The notes beneath the pieces were generated by a model. That model was not told the DNA's origin. It worked only from the letters and a program-made list of their open reading frames with translations, and did not search any database. A stretch of 56,142 bases of DNA. It comes from a virus (taxonomy: Duplodnaviria; Caudoviricetes). The stretch's first letter is position 1, and each line of letters begins with the position of its first letter. Below are positions 33,332 through 43,198 of the stretch, piece by piece. The translations under genes and the position numbers were made by a program. The DNA lies in IMG/VR virus record IMGVR_UViG_3300017910_000401, positions 1 to 56,142 of that record. The stretch is one strand, 5' to 3'.

Positions 33332-35098
33332 ATGAAAAAAATTATTTTGCCTTTGCTTTTAATTTTGCTTATACCTGTTTTTTTTAATATTTTTTTTATA
33401 GAGATTTTAAAATTAAAAACTTTTGACCTGACAGTAAAAAAACAAGAACCATCAGGTAATTTTGTAATCTTGAATATTACTGAAAAGAATGTGACAGATA
33501 GAGGGGGTTATCCTTTTCCTCGACAAGACTATGCAGATATTCATGTTGAGTTATTAAATAAAGGAGCACTAGGTGTCGGTTGGGTTTTCTCATTTAGTGA
33601 AAAAGATAGGTTTAATGGCGATGAAAAATTTTCAAAGGCTTTAGCACTATCACCCTCTATCCTAGCTATGTTTGAAAACAACAGTGGTAATTTTCCTAAA
33701 ACATCTGGCACTGTTTATTTAGGTGACGGCATACCGCAGTCAATAAAATCTCAAGGTGTAGTAGAAAACATAAGTATACTTAAACAGAATGCAAATCAAG
33801 GCATAGCCATTGCACCTACAGATATAGATAATTTAGTAAGACGTATACCTTTATTAGTGCAAACACCAGATGGATTTGTAAGTGCATTTGGAACTGAGGT
33901 TTTAAAATCTTTAACAGGTGCTAAAACTTACATAATTAAAAGCAATCAGAATGGTATTGAAGAAATTACTGTACAAGGTTTGCCACCAGTTAAAACAGAT
34001 AGATTAGGTAGAAAATGGATTAGTTGGGTTGATACCCCACAAACAAATTTAGATGAAATGGAAGTTTTTGGTAAATTTGTATTTATAGGTGTAACAGCTA
34101 ATGGTGTAATGCCACAAATAGCAACTCCTGTAGGTTTATTAGAACCACATAAAATACAAGCTGCTTTATCAGAATCTTTATTAATACAAAATAGTCCTTA
34201 TATTCCTGATTGGAGTAAGTTAGCAGAAACAACAATTTTAGTAATTTCTTGTTTAGCCATTTGGTTTGTTTTGTTTTATTTAGGAATTACAACAGGAATA
34301 CTATTCACTAGTGTAATATTTTTTGCTACAGCTATATCAGGGTTTTTTCTTATACAAAAAGGTCTGTTAGTAGATGTAACATGGAGTTTAATTTCACAAT
34401 TTATAGTAGCTGCAGTAGCTTTTTATTTAAGATTTAGAGAACAATTCAAATTACGTTTACAAATAAAAAAACAATTTGAACATTATTTAGACCCAAAACA
34501 AGTAAAACGTCTACAAGACAATCCTAGTTTATTAAAATTAGGTGGTGAAACTAGAACAGCAACATTTCTTTTTACTGATGTCATAGGCTTTACAGCTATG
34601 TCAGAAAAACTAAAACCTGAAGATGTTACTTATATTATGAATAAAGTTCTGACTGCTCAACAAAAAGCAGTACAAAATCATGGAGGAATGGTAGATAAAT
34701 ACATAGGTGATGCAATGATGGCTATATTCAATGCACCTCTAGATTTGAAAGACCATGCCAAAGCTTCAGTTGATTGTGCTCTAGAGATTATAGAAAACAT
34801 AAAAGAATTAGCAACAGAGCTGCAACTAGAAAGATTGCCTAAAATAGCAATAGGTATAGGAATAAATACAGGTCCTGCTGCAATAGGTAATATGGGTTCA
34901 GAAACTAGATTTGATTACACAGCTATAGGTGATGCAGTCAATGTTGCAGCTAGGCTAGAAAGTGCAACAAAAGAAAGAAAAGTAGATTTACTTATAAGTG
35001 AAACTACAGAAAGTTTGTGTGGTTATAATTTAAAAGAATTAGAACCAGTTTCAGTAAAAGGAAAAGTATTTCCATTAAAAATTTATACATATGAGTAA
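33332..35098 (+). CDS. CHASE2-domain class III adenylate/guanylate cyclase
   Basis: YPFPR and DNLVRRIPL (CHASE2), three TM helices, LFTDVIGFT, DKYIGDAMM, DYTAIGDAVNVAARLES; the K and D residues suggest ATP specificity. Confidence 0.92.
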   Translation: MKKIILPLLLILLIPVFFNIFFIEILKLKTFDLTVKKQEPSGNFVILNITEKNVTDRGGYPFPRQDYADIHVELLNKGALGVGWVFSFSEKDRFNGDEKFSKALALSPSILAMFENNSGNFPKTSGTVYLGDGIPQSIKSQGVVENISILKQNANQGIAIAPTDIDNLVRRIPLLVQTPDGFVSAFGTEVLKSLTGAKTYIIKSNQNGIEEITVQGLPPVKTDRLGRKWISWVDTPQTNLDEMEVFGKFVFIGVTANGVMPQIATPVGLLEPHKIQAALSESLLIQNSPYIPDWSKLAETTILVISCLAIWFVLFYLGITTGILFTSVIFFATAISGFFLIQKGLLVDVTWSLISQFIVAAVAFYLRFREQFKLRLQIKKQFEHYLDPKQVKRLQDNPSLLKLGGETRTATFLFTDVIGFTAMSEKLKPEDVTYIMNKVLTAQQKAVQNHGGMVDKYIGDAMMAIFNAPLDLKDHAKASVDCALEIIENIKELATELQLERLPKIAIGIGINTGPAAIGNMGSETRFDYTAIGDAVNVAARLESATKERKVDLLISETTESLCGYNLKELEPVSVKGKVFPLKIYTYE

Positions 35099-35486
35099 AA
35101 TATTATTAGGTGTAGTAGGTATATTGTTTTTAGCTTGTACCTTTCTATATTGGCAAAATTCAAGATTAGCAGAAATTAATCAGGCTTTTGAACTAAGAGA
35201 TAAAGAACAAAAAGCAGCAATAGAAAACTTGCAAAATGATTTCAAATTACAAACAGAAGGTTTGTTAGAATTACAATCAAAGAATCAACAATATGAAGCA
35301 GAAATGCAAAGATATTTAGATGTTTTTAAAAGACATGATTTGAGTAAATTAGCTTTTGCCAAACCAGGTTTAATAGAACCAAGAGTAAATAAAGGAACTA
35401 AAAATGTATTTGAGAGTATTGAAGAAATCAGTCGTAATATTGACGTGCTTGATGATGGTCTACAGTTGCAGTCTGCTGCCGACTAA
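35091..35486 (+). CDS. Probable i-spanin (Rz-like)
   Basis: N-terminal TM helix plus coiled coil, overlapping a lipoprotein gene, next to lysozyme. Confidence 0.6.
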   Translation: MSKILLGVVGILFLACTFLYWQNSRLAEINQAFELRDKEQKAAIENLQNDFKLQTEGLLELQSKNQQYEAEMQRYLDVFKRHDLSKLAFAKPGLIEPRVNKGTKNVFESIEEISRNIDVLDDGLQLQSAAD

Positions 35487-35775
35487 ACAAGTAGAAGTAA
35501 TAACAAAACCATTAGAAAAAACTATTGTTCAGCCAGTATTACCTAGAGAGATAGATTTAAAGGAACCTTATTGGTATGTAGTATCAACTAAAAACTTAGA
35601 AGATTTTTTAGCTCAAATTGAGAAAGACCAAGGTAAAGTTGTTTTTTTAGCAATGTCTGTACCTGACTATGAATTGATGGCTTACAATACACAAGAGCTA
35701 AAGAGGTATATAAATGAACTTAAAGAAGTTGTGGTTTACTATCGAAAAGTTACTACAAACGACAAAGGGGAATAA
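35404..35775 (+). CDS. Probable o-spanin (Rz1-like lipoprotein)
   Basis: Lipobox-like VYSC, proline-rich segment, overlaps the i-spanin gene. Confidence 0.6.
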   Translation: MYLRVLKKSVVILTCLMMVYSCSLLPTKQVEVITKPLEKTIVQPVLPREIDLKEPYWYVVSTKNLEDFLAQIEKDQGKVVFLAMSVPDYELMAYNTQELKRYINELKEVVVYYRKVTTNDKGE

Positions 35776-35776
35776 A

Positions 35777-36220
35777 ATGAAAATATCTGAAGAAGGCAAA
35801 GCTCTAATTAAAAAATTTGAAGGTTGTAAATTAGAAGCATATTTATGCCCTGCTAATAAATGGACAATAGCTTACGGCAGAATCAAAGATGTAAAAGAGG
35901 GTGATACTTGTACACAAGAACAAGCAGAAAAATGGTTAGACGAAGAACTAGAAGAATATGAAGGTTATGTAGAAAATGCAGTTGAATTGCCTTTATCACA
36001 ATGTCAATTTGACGCACTTGTTGCATGGACATATAACTTAGGTCCTACAAATTTATCTTCATCTACGATGTTAAAATGTCTGAACAAAGCAGAATTTGAC
36101 AGAGTTCCATCAGAAATAAAAAGATGGAATAAAGCAGGCGGTGAAGTTTTAGATGGTCTTATTAGAAGAAGAGAAGCTGAAGCTTTATTATTTCAAGGTA
36201 AAGACTGGCATGAGGTGTAG
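35777..36220 (+). CDS. Endolysin, GH24 phage lysozyme
   Basis: IKKFEGCKLEAYLCP..KWTIAYG, QFDALV, RWNKAGG.VL.GL.RRREAE. Confidence 0.93.
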   Translation: MKISEEGKALIKKFEGCKLEAYLCPANKWTIAYGRIKDVKEGDTCTQEQAEKWLDEELEEYEGYVENAVELPLSQCQFDALVAWTYNLGPTNLSSSTMLKCLNKAEFDRVPSEIKRWNKAGGEVLDGLIRRREAEALLFQGKDWHEV

Positions 36221-36223
36221 TTA

Positions 36224-38089
36224 ATGCCATTAGCTAAATATATTTTTAAACCAGGAATAAACAAAGAAGCTACTAATTATAGTAATGAAGGTGGTTGGTT
36301 TGATGCTGATAAAGTTAGATTTAGAAAAGGTAGACCTGAACGTATAGGAGGTTGGGTAAAAAATACAACTGCAAGTTTTATAGGAACTTGTAGAAAACTT
36401 TATAACTACAAAGCTTCTAGTGGTACAAATCTAACAATATTAGGTACACATCAAAAACTTTATGTAAAAAGTGGTAATGCAATACATGATGTAACTCCTA
36501 TAAGAAAAACTAGTACCAATACTTTAAGTTTTGCTGCAACTAATGGTTCTAACATAGTTACAGTTACTGATTCTAATCATGGTGCTGCTGCAGGAGATTT
36601 TGTCACAATATCAGGTGCATCAAGTTTAGGTGGCAATATAAACTCTGCTGTTTTAAATCAAGAGTATCAAGTAGCTTCTGTTGTAAGTTCAAACAGTTAC
36701 ACTATAGAAGCTAAAAATACTTCAGGTAATTCTGTTACTGCTAATGCAAGTGATAGTGGTAATGGTGGCGTAAGCGTAAGTGGTGTTTATCAAATAAATT
36801 CAGGACTAGATGTTTATTTACCAGGTACAGGTTGGGGAATAGATAGTTGGGGTGCAGGTGCTTGGGGTTCAGCTTCAGACCTTTCTCCATTAAATCAATT
36901 GAGATTATGGTCAATAGATAACTTTGGTGACGACACAATAGCTGCAGTAAGAGCAGGTGGAGTGTATTACTGGGATGAATCAGATAGCACAGGAGTAAGA
37001 GCAATAAACGCTACGAGTTTACCTAACGCTAGTAATGTACCTACAGCTGTATTACAAATTATGATGTCAGATGTAGATAAACACGTCATAGCTTTTGGAT
37101 GTAATCCCATAGGCGGTACTGCAATTGACCCATTGTTAGTAAGATTTTCTGATACTGAGAATGCTGCTAATTGGACACCTACTGCTACAAACCAAGCTGG
37201 AGGGGTACAACTTTCATTAGGCTCTACGATAATTGCTGCATTAAGAACTAGACAAGAAATACTTATTTGGACAGATGGCGGTATAGTTTCTATGCGTTTT
37301 GTAGGCGAACCTTTTGTATTTTCTTTTACAGAAGTAGCTACAGGTCCATCTTTGATATCTCCAAATGCCATGATAAATGCTAACAACAGAGTATTTTTTA
37401 TGGACCGAGGTGGTTTTTATGTTTATACAGGTGTTGCTGAAAGATTACCTTGCACTGTATTAGATTACATTTTGTCAGATATTAATATGACACAAGCATT
37501 TAAAATCTTCGCTGGCACTAATGAAAATGTAAATGAAGTAATATGGTTTTATCCATCAAGTTCTAGTTCTGAAATAGATAGGTATGTTATCTATAATTAC
37601 TTAGAAGGCGTTTGGTCTATAGGCACAACAGCTGACGATTTTGTTAGAACAGCTTGGAATGATTCATCTACTTTGAAATTTCCATTAGCTGCAAGTAAAA
37701 ATGATGATACTAACAATAATTATCTCTTTGACCATGAATCAGGTCATAGCAATGATGGTAGTAATTTTGCCTCTTTTATAGAATCTAGTGATTTTGATTT
37801 AGCACCAGATGGTGAAAAATATACATTTATTTCAAAACTGATACCTGATTTAGAATTTAGAAATCAACAATCCAATGAAGACACTGTAACTTTTACAATA
37901 AAGGGTAGAGATTTTCCCTTAGAAAGTTTAAATACCTTGCAAACAGTTGATGTTACACCTAGTTCTACTTTTGCTAATACTAGAGCTAGAAGCAGACAGG
38001 CTGCACTAAGAGTCTCTAACAATGCTAGTGATTTTGGATGGAGATTAGGCGACATAAGATTAGAAATTAAACCTGATGGAAAACGCTAA
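36224..38089 (+). CDS. Tail hub/nozzle-like virion protein
   Basis: KPGINK, DKVRFRKG, VRFSD.E, EVIWFYPS, RARSRQ, WRLG; precedes the ejection proteins. Confidence 0.65.
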   Translation: MPLAKYIFKPGINKEATNYSNEGGWFDADKVRFRKGRPERIGGWVKNTTASFIGTCRKLYNYKASSGTNLTILGTHQKLYVKSGNAIHDVTPIRKTSTNTLSFAATNGSNIVTVTDSNHGAAAGDFVTISGASSLGGNINSAVLNQEYQVASVVSSNSYTIEAKNTSGNSVTANASDSGNGGVSVSGVYQINSGLDVYLPGTGWGIDSWGAGAWGSASDLSPLNQLRLWSIDNFGDDTIAAVRAGGVYYWDESDSTGVRAINATSLPNASNVPTAVLQIMMSDVDKHVIAFGCNPIGGTAIDPLLVRFSDTENAANWTPTATNQAGGVQLSLGSTIIAALRTRQEILIWTDGGIVSMRFVGEPFVFSFTEVATGPSLISPNAMINANNRVFFMDRGGFYVYTGVAERLPCTVLDYILSDINMTQAFKIFAGTNENVNEVIWFYPSSSSSEIDRYVIYNYLEGVWSIGTTADDFVRTAWNDSSTLKFPLAASKNDDTNNNYLFDHESGHSNDGSNFASFIESSDFDLAPDGEKYTFISKLIPDLEFRNQQSNEDTVTFTIKGRDFPLESLNTLQTVDVTPSSTFANTRARSRQAALRVSNNASDFGWRLGDIRLEIKPDGKR

Positions 38090-38292
38090 TGGCTGATATA
38101 AAAAATATTGCTTTACCTATACCAAGCTTAGAATATGATAATAATAATGAAGCGGTTACTAGAAGAACTTTAGAACAAGCTATTCAGGATTTAAATAATA
38201 AAATAATTACTGTGCAAAAAATGCAGTCACCAGTGACTAGTAAAGCTTCAAAAAAACATCAGTTTTTATTAATGGGTATGAAACATGGCTGA
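38089..38292 (+). CDS. Small hypothetical virion protein
   Basis: 67 aa, translationally coupled. Confidence 0.55.
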   Translation: MADIKNIALPIPSLEYDNNNEAVTRRTLEQAIQDLNNKIITVQKMQSPVTSKASKKHQFLLMGMKHG

Positions 38293-38623
38293 CGATTTAA
38301 AAGTATTAGGTCAAGTTGACCCAGCAGCTACGACAACTACAGTTTTATATACTGTGCCAGATATGACACAAACTACTGTAAGTTCAATTGTTGCAGCTAA
38401 TCGTACAGGTTCTCCAATTACATTTAGACTTAGTGTTCATGTAGCAGGAGCAAGTGCAGACGATAAACAATTTATTTTTTATAACAAATCAGTCGCAGCT
38501 AACGATTCGTTTGCCATAGTTTTAGGAATAACTCTAAATCAAACAGATGTATTAAAAGTTTATACCAGTGCAGTAGATATGAGTTTTAATGTGTTTGGTT
38601 GTGAAACTAAAGAGGAAAGATAA
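38285..38623 (+). CDS. Small virion structural protein
   Basis: KVLGQ, LYTVP, LGITL, SFNVFG.E beta-sandwich pattern. Confidence 0.6.
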   Translation: MADDLKVLGQVDPAATTTTVLYTVPDMTQTTVSSIVAANRTGSPITFRLSVHVAGASADDKQFIFYNKSVAANDSFAIVLGITLNQTDVLKVYTSAVDMSFNVFGCETKEER

Positions 38624-41600
38624 TGGTATTCATGCCTACAGAAATAAAAATTAGAAAAGGCGATACTTTAAGTCAGATAGCTCAAACCTTTGGCACAACT
38701 GTATCTGAATTAGCTAGATTAAATAAAATAGAAAATGTAGATTTTATTAAAGCAGGTGATACTTTAAAACTTCCTAAACCTAAAAAAAAATATAAAAAAA
38801 GTAAAAGCAGTAAAAAAATAGATGGTTCTATACCTATAGATACAGGAACAAAACCACCTGCTAGAGATAAATCATTAAGTAGACAATCTAAAGATTCTGA
38901 AGCTTTGTTGCCTATAAATGTAAGACAATTTTTTAATCCTGAACAAGATAGAACAGCAGCAGATTTATCTGAACAAGAGTTAGATGCTTTAAAAAAAGTC
39001 GTAGACTATAGTCAACGAGAAGATGTAAGACAAGCTAAAATTGAAGCAGGTATAAATCCAAATACAATTAGATATTCTGATTACAATGCTTTAGGTGCTG
39101 GAGATTTGTCACAAAAAAATACAAAAGGCAGTCTTATAAGCAAAGTTACAGACCCCTTAACTATTATGAAATCTACTTTAGGTAGAGCAGCTGTAGAAAA
39201 AACAGACGATGATAAATATGTTGTAAGAGATGTTTTTGACTTTGCACCAAAAACAGCAGAAACAGGTTTAGGAAAATTAGTTGATTATTTAAGCAGCATT
39301 CCAAGTTATGGATTGAATCCTTACAGTCAATTAAGAAATTATATGGGTTATTATGGACCGCAAGAAGGCACAGGAGCAGGTGGTAAATTTAACATTGCTT
39401 TAGCAAGTGGTGGTCAAATACACAATTTTAATAAAGGTGGAAGTATGAATGAAACGCAAAAACAAGTAAAAAATATAGCTTCAAAAGGTCGCTATGGCGA
39501 TACCATGTTGATGCACGTCAATCCTATGGAAGTTAATGCGATAGCACAACAAGTGCCATTAACAATAAATCCTGAAACAGGACAACCAGAAGCCTTTTTA
39601 CCTTTTTTAGCTCCCATAGCAGGTTCATTAATAGGTGGTAGTCTATTAGGTGGTACAGCTTTAGGAGCACTAGGAGCTTCTGCTTTGGGTTCAGGTTTAG
39701 CTCAATATGCAGTTACAGGAGACCTTAAAAAAGGATTATTAGCTGGTTTAACAGGATATGGTATAGGAACAGCCTTACAAGGTGCAGGAGCTGCAGCAAA
39801 AGGTGCAGAAGCAGCACAAGCAGCCACAGATGCTGCTACAAATATTGCTAATACTGATGCTTTAACAACAGCATTAGCTGACCCAAATTTAACTAAAGCA
39901 GGAGTTGCATTACCTGAAACTTTAGCTACTGGTGCTTATCCAGGTGACCCAACAAATTTATTAAATCCAGCTGGTGTAGAACAAGTTACTACACAAAATG
40001 TTGCTGCACAACCTCAAATATCTGCTATTGGAGACCAAGCAGCAATTTCAGGTTTTGGAGATTTAGTTGGTGAAGCAGGTTACTTAGCTGACGCTCCTGA
40101 CAGTATATTACAATCTGGTAAAGATGCTTTTTCTGGAGGATTCAAAGAGGGAGTTGGAAATCTCACAACAGGATTAATGAAACCTGCTGCATACTTGCCT
40201 GCAGGTATAGGCATGGGTGGTACAGCTATAATGGAATCACAAGAAGCTTTTGAACAAGACTTGTTAGATGCAAAAAGAAAAAGAGAAGAGGAGAGAGCAG
40301 AAATGCTAAGGAATACTCCAGAACCTGTTTTATATAGTGCAACTGGTGGATTAACTCAGTTTGATGGTGGAGGTGACACTGACTTACCTCAAATTTTTGC
40401 ACCTGATAGAACAACCTATGCAGTAAATCCAAATTTTATGCCAGGTTTTTCTCCTGAAACTATGTATTTTAATCCTTCTACTGTATCTGCACCTGCAGCA
40501 CAGTTATCACCTGCAGGAGCAACACCTCCTCCAATTACAGATACTTATACAGGTTCTAAAGGTGGTTACGGAGGTTTACAAGCATCAATAGCTCCACAAG
40601 GAGTAATAAATCCTTTTGAGGTTTATACAGGTGCTGCTCCACAAGGACTAGTATTTCAAGATACTCCAATACCTATGGCTATGAATACAAATTCTGGCAT
40701 GACTCCATATACTCCACCTACTAGCACAACACCTAATCCTGCAATGATGACTAAAGATGAATTCAGAGCAAAATACGAACAAGAACATGGAAAACCAATA
40801 AAAGGTGGAAAAGCAGGCGGAGCTAAAGCTAGAGAAGCATATGAAAAAAAGTTTAATGAAGCATATGATGATTTTAGAAATTCAGGTGTACCTGTAATAA
40901 CTACTTCACCTAGTATTCAATATTCTAATATGCCAACTACTACTCCTCTGAGTGGTTTTGCACCAGAACAAATAAATCAATCTGTATCAATGGCACCTAT
41001 AAGTCCAATGCCAATGTATGATATTGGTCCTATAGATAATAGTGATTATATTGATATTGGAGGATTTGAAGCTGGATTCAACCAAGGTGGTGATACAGAA
41101 AAAAATTTAAAACCTATACCACCAGATAACAAAGGATTACCTAAATTACCAAAAAGTGTAAGAAACGAAATGGGTTATATGCAAGCAGGTGGTGATACAG
41201 ATTTAGCTCCTGAAATGCAAACTGACCCATTAATCAATGAAGTCACTAAATTTATATTAGGAGAATCTGATAACAATGAAGTTTTAAATGCCTTTATAGC
41301 AAAATATGGAAATGAAGCTTTCATGGATTTAAGACAAAGAGTTCTTGAAAGTATTGTGCCAGGTGCACAAACTGAAGGCTTGATAGCTGGAGAAGGTAAT
41401 GGTGGCATGGATGATGACCTTAGAGGTATGATTGGTGCTAAAGAAAGAATAGCGGTATCGCAAGATGAGTTTATAGTGCCTGCAGATGTTGTCTCCATGT
41501 TAGGAGATGGTAGTTCTGATGCTGGCTCTAAAAAATTATACGAAATGATGGATAGAGTCAGAAATGAAAAAACAGGTAAAACAGAACAAGCACCTATGAT

Positions 41601-41628
41601 AGACACACAAAAAGTATTACCAGCATGA
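38623..41628 (+). CDS. Internal virion/ejection protein with an N-terminal LysM domain
   Basis: IRKGDTLSQIAQTFGTTVSELARLNKI...IKAGDTLKLP; GRYGDTMLMHV, TINPETGQPEAF; DEFIVPADVV. Confidence 0.75.
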   Translation: MVFMPTEIKIRKGDTLSQIAQTFGTTVSELARLNKIENVDFIKAGDTLKLPKPKKKYKKSKSSKKIDGSIPIDTGTKPPARDKSLSRQSKDSEALLPINVRQFFNPEQDRTAADLSEQELDALKKVVDYSQREDVRQAKIEAGINPNTIRYSDYNALGAGDLSQKNTKGSLISKVTDPLTIMKSTLGRAAVEKTDDDKYVVRDVFDFAPKTAETGLGKLVDYLSSIPSYGLNPYSQLRNYMGYYGPQEGTGAGGKFNIALASGGQIHNFNKGGSMNETQKQVKNIASKGRYGDTMLMHVNPMEVNAIAQQVPLTINPETGQPEAFLPFLAPIAGSLIGGSLLGGTALGALGASALGSGLAQYAVTGDLKKGLLAGLTGYGIGTALQGAGAAAKGAEAAQAATDAATNIANTDALTTALADPNLTKAGVALPETLATGAYPGDPTNLLNPAGVEQVTTQNVAAQPQISAIGDQAAISGFGDLVGEAGYLADAPDSILQSGKDAFSGGFKEGVGNLTTGLMKPAAYLPAGIGMGGTAIMESQEAFEQDLLDAKRKREEERAEMLRNTPEPVLYSATGGLTQFDGGGDTDLPQIFAPDRTTYAVNPNFMPGFSPETMYFNPSTVSAPAAQLSPAGATPPPITDTYTGSKGGYGGLQASIAPQGVINPFEVYTGAAPQGLVFQDTPIPMAMNTNSGMTPYTPPTSTTPNPAMMTKDEFRAKYEQEHGKPIKGGKAGGAKAREAYEKKFNEAYDDFRNSGVPVITTSPSIQYSNMPTTTPLSGFAPEQINQSVSMAPISPMPMYDIGPIDNSDYIDIGGFEAGFNQGGDTEKNLKPIPPDNKGLPKLPKSVRNEMGYMQAGGDTDLAPEMQTDPLINEVTKFILGESDNNEVLNAFIAKYGNEAFMDLRQRVLESIVPGAQTEGLIAGEGNGGMDDDLRGMIGAKERIAVSQDEFIVPADVVSMLGDGSSDAGSKKLYEMMDRVRNEKTGKTEQAPMIDTQKVLPA

Positions 41629-42098
41629 ATCAACCAGCAATAGAAACAACAGAATCAGGCGAATATGAAATATCTTTAGTGCCTAAAGACCAAGTAATAT
41701 TAATCTGGAATGTTGTAGAAAAATTTATACAGAAATCATCTAATCGTTCAAATGGTAGAATAAGACCACAAGATGTTTTAAATGATTTATTAAATAATGG
41801 TTCACAGTTGTGGATAATTTTTGATACAGGTAGTTTTGATATTATTGGTGTGCAAATAACTTTATTTAATTATTATCCAACAGGTAAAAAAATGTTAAAT
41901 CTAGAGCATACATCAGGTAAGAAAATGCAAGAGTGGATTGAAAAAGGTTTAGAAGTAGTTACTAAATATGCGAAAGATACAGGCTGTCATGGTTTAGAAG
42001 GTATGGGCAGGCATGGACAATGGAATTGGGTTAAAAATAAAAAGGGTTGGAAAAAACCAGCTACATTTTATGAATATAATTTCGAGGATGACGTATGA
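41625..42098 (+). CDS. Hypothetical protein (acetyltransferase-like fold possible)
   Basis: 157 aa between ejection genes; AKDTGC..LEG.GR.GQW. Confidence 0.55.
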   Translation: MNQPAIETTESGEYEISLVPKDQVILIWNVVEKFIQKSSNRSNGRIRPQDVLNDLLNNGSQLWIIFDTGSFDIIGVQITLFNYYPTGKKMLNLEHTSGKKMQEWIEKGLEVVTKYAKDTGCHGLEGMGRHGQWNWVKNKKGWKKPATFYEYNFEDDV

Positions 42099-43198
42099 GA
42101 AGATATAAAGGCGGAGGAGGCTCTGCACCTACAGAAACTACAGTTACTCAAACTGATTTACCAGAATATGTAGAACCTTATTTTAAAAGACTTTTACAAA
42201 GAGGTGAGGCAGAAAGTATACAAGGTTATGACCCTTATGGTGGTCAAAGACTAGCCTATTTTTCTCCTGATGAATTAACTTCACAAGCTATGACCAGAGG
42301 TTTTGCAACATCAGGTACACCTCAACAATTTCAAGATGCAACAAACCGATACAATATGCAAGGTGTTATAGGTTCTGGATATTTAGCACAACAAGCACAA
42401 CCTAGTTATCAAGCAGGTGTGGCAGGTCCAGCGTATACACCTATGAACTACGAGCAAAATATAAGTAGGTTCATGTCACCTTATCAACAAAATGTTATAG
42501 ATATTCAAAAAAGAGAGGCAACAAGAGCTTCTGACATTATGGGTAAAGGTATTGAAGACCAAGCTACAGCAGCAGGTAGTTTAGGCGGATATCGAGAAGC
42601 AATTTTACAAGCAGAACGTCAACGTAATTTAGGACAACAATTAGCTGATATACAAGCTGCAGGTTCACAAAGAGCATTTGAATCAGCACAACAACAACTC
42701 GCTAGAGAAAGAGCTGCAGGTCTTGGTGCTTCGCAATTAGATTTACAAAGATTTCAACAGCAAGAATTAGCCAGACAAAGACAAGCTCAATTAGGTTTAT
42801 CTGCTGCAAGACAAAATGAAGCTGCTAGACAAGCTCAAGAAAAATTAGGTCAATCAGCTTATGATTTATCTAGTCGTTTTAATCTACAAGCAGCTCAAGG
42901 ATTATTAGGTGCAGGTGAAGCTACGCAACAGGATGTAGTATCTAGAATTCAAGCCTTACAAGGAATTGGTTCGCAACAAAGAGCATTAGAACAAGCTAGC
43001 TTAGACATGGGATATCAAGACTTCTTAAGACAAAGAGATTATGCAAAACGACAATTAGCCGACTTTGGAGGTTTGTTAAGAGGTGTTCCTGTAAGACCTG
43101 AACAAACTATTAGTACATATCAACAACAACCAGGATTGTTTCAAACTGCAGTAGGTGCAGGTTTAACTGGTCTGGGTTTATATAGAGGTTTAAACTAA
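42095..43198 (+). CDS. Internal virion/DNA-ejection protein
   Basis: KGGGGS N-terminus, LPEYVEPY, MSPYQQNVID; Q/A-rich helical; glycine-rich hydrophobic C-terminus. Confidence 0.65.
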   Translation: MRRYKGGGGSAPTETTVTQTDLPEYVEPYFKRLLQRGEAESIQGYDPYGGQRLAYFSPDELTSQAMTRGFATSGTPQQFQDATNRYNMQGVIGSGYLAQQAQPSYQAGVAGPAYTPMNYEQNISRFMSPYQQNVIDIQKREATRASDIMGKGIEDQATAAGSLGGYREAILQAERQRNLGQQLADIQAAGSQRAFESAQQQLARERAAGLGASQLDLQRFQQQELARQRQAQLGLSAARQNEAARQAQEKLGQSAYDLSSRFNLQAAQGLLGAGEATQQDVVSRIQALQGIGSQQRALEQASLDMGYQDFLRQRDYAKRQLADFGGLLRGVPVRPEQTISTYQQQPGLFQTAVGAGLTGLGLYRGLN

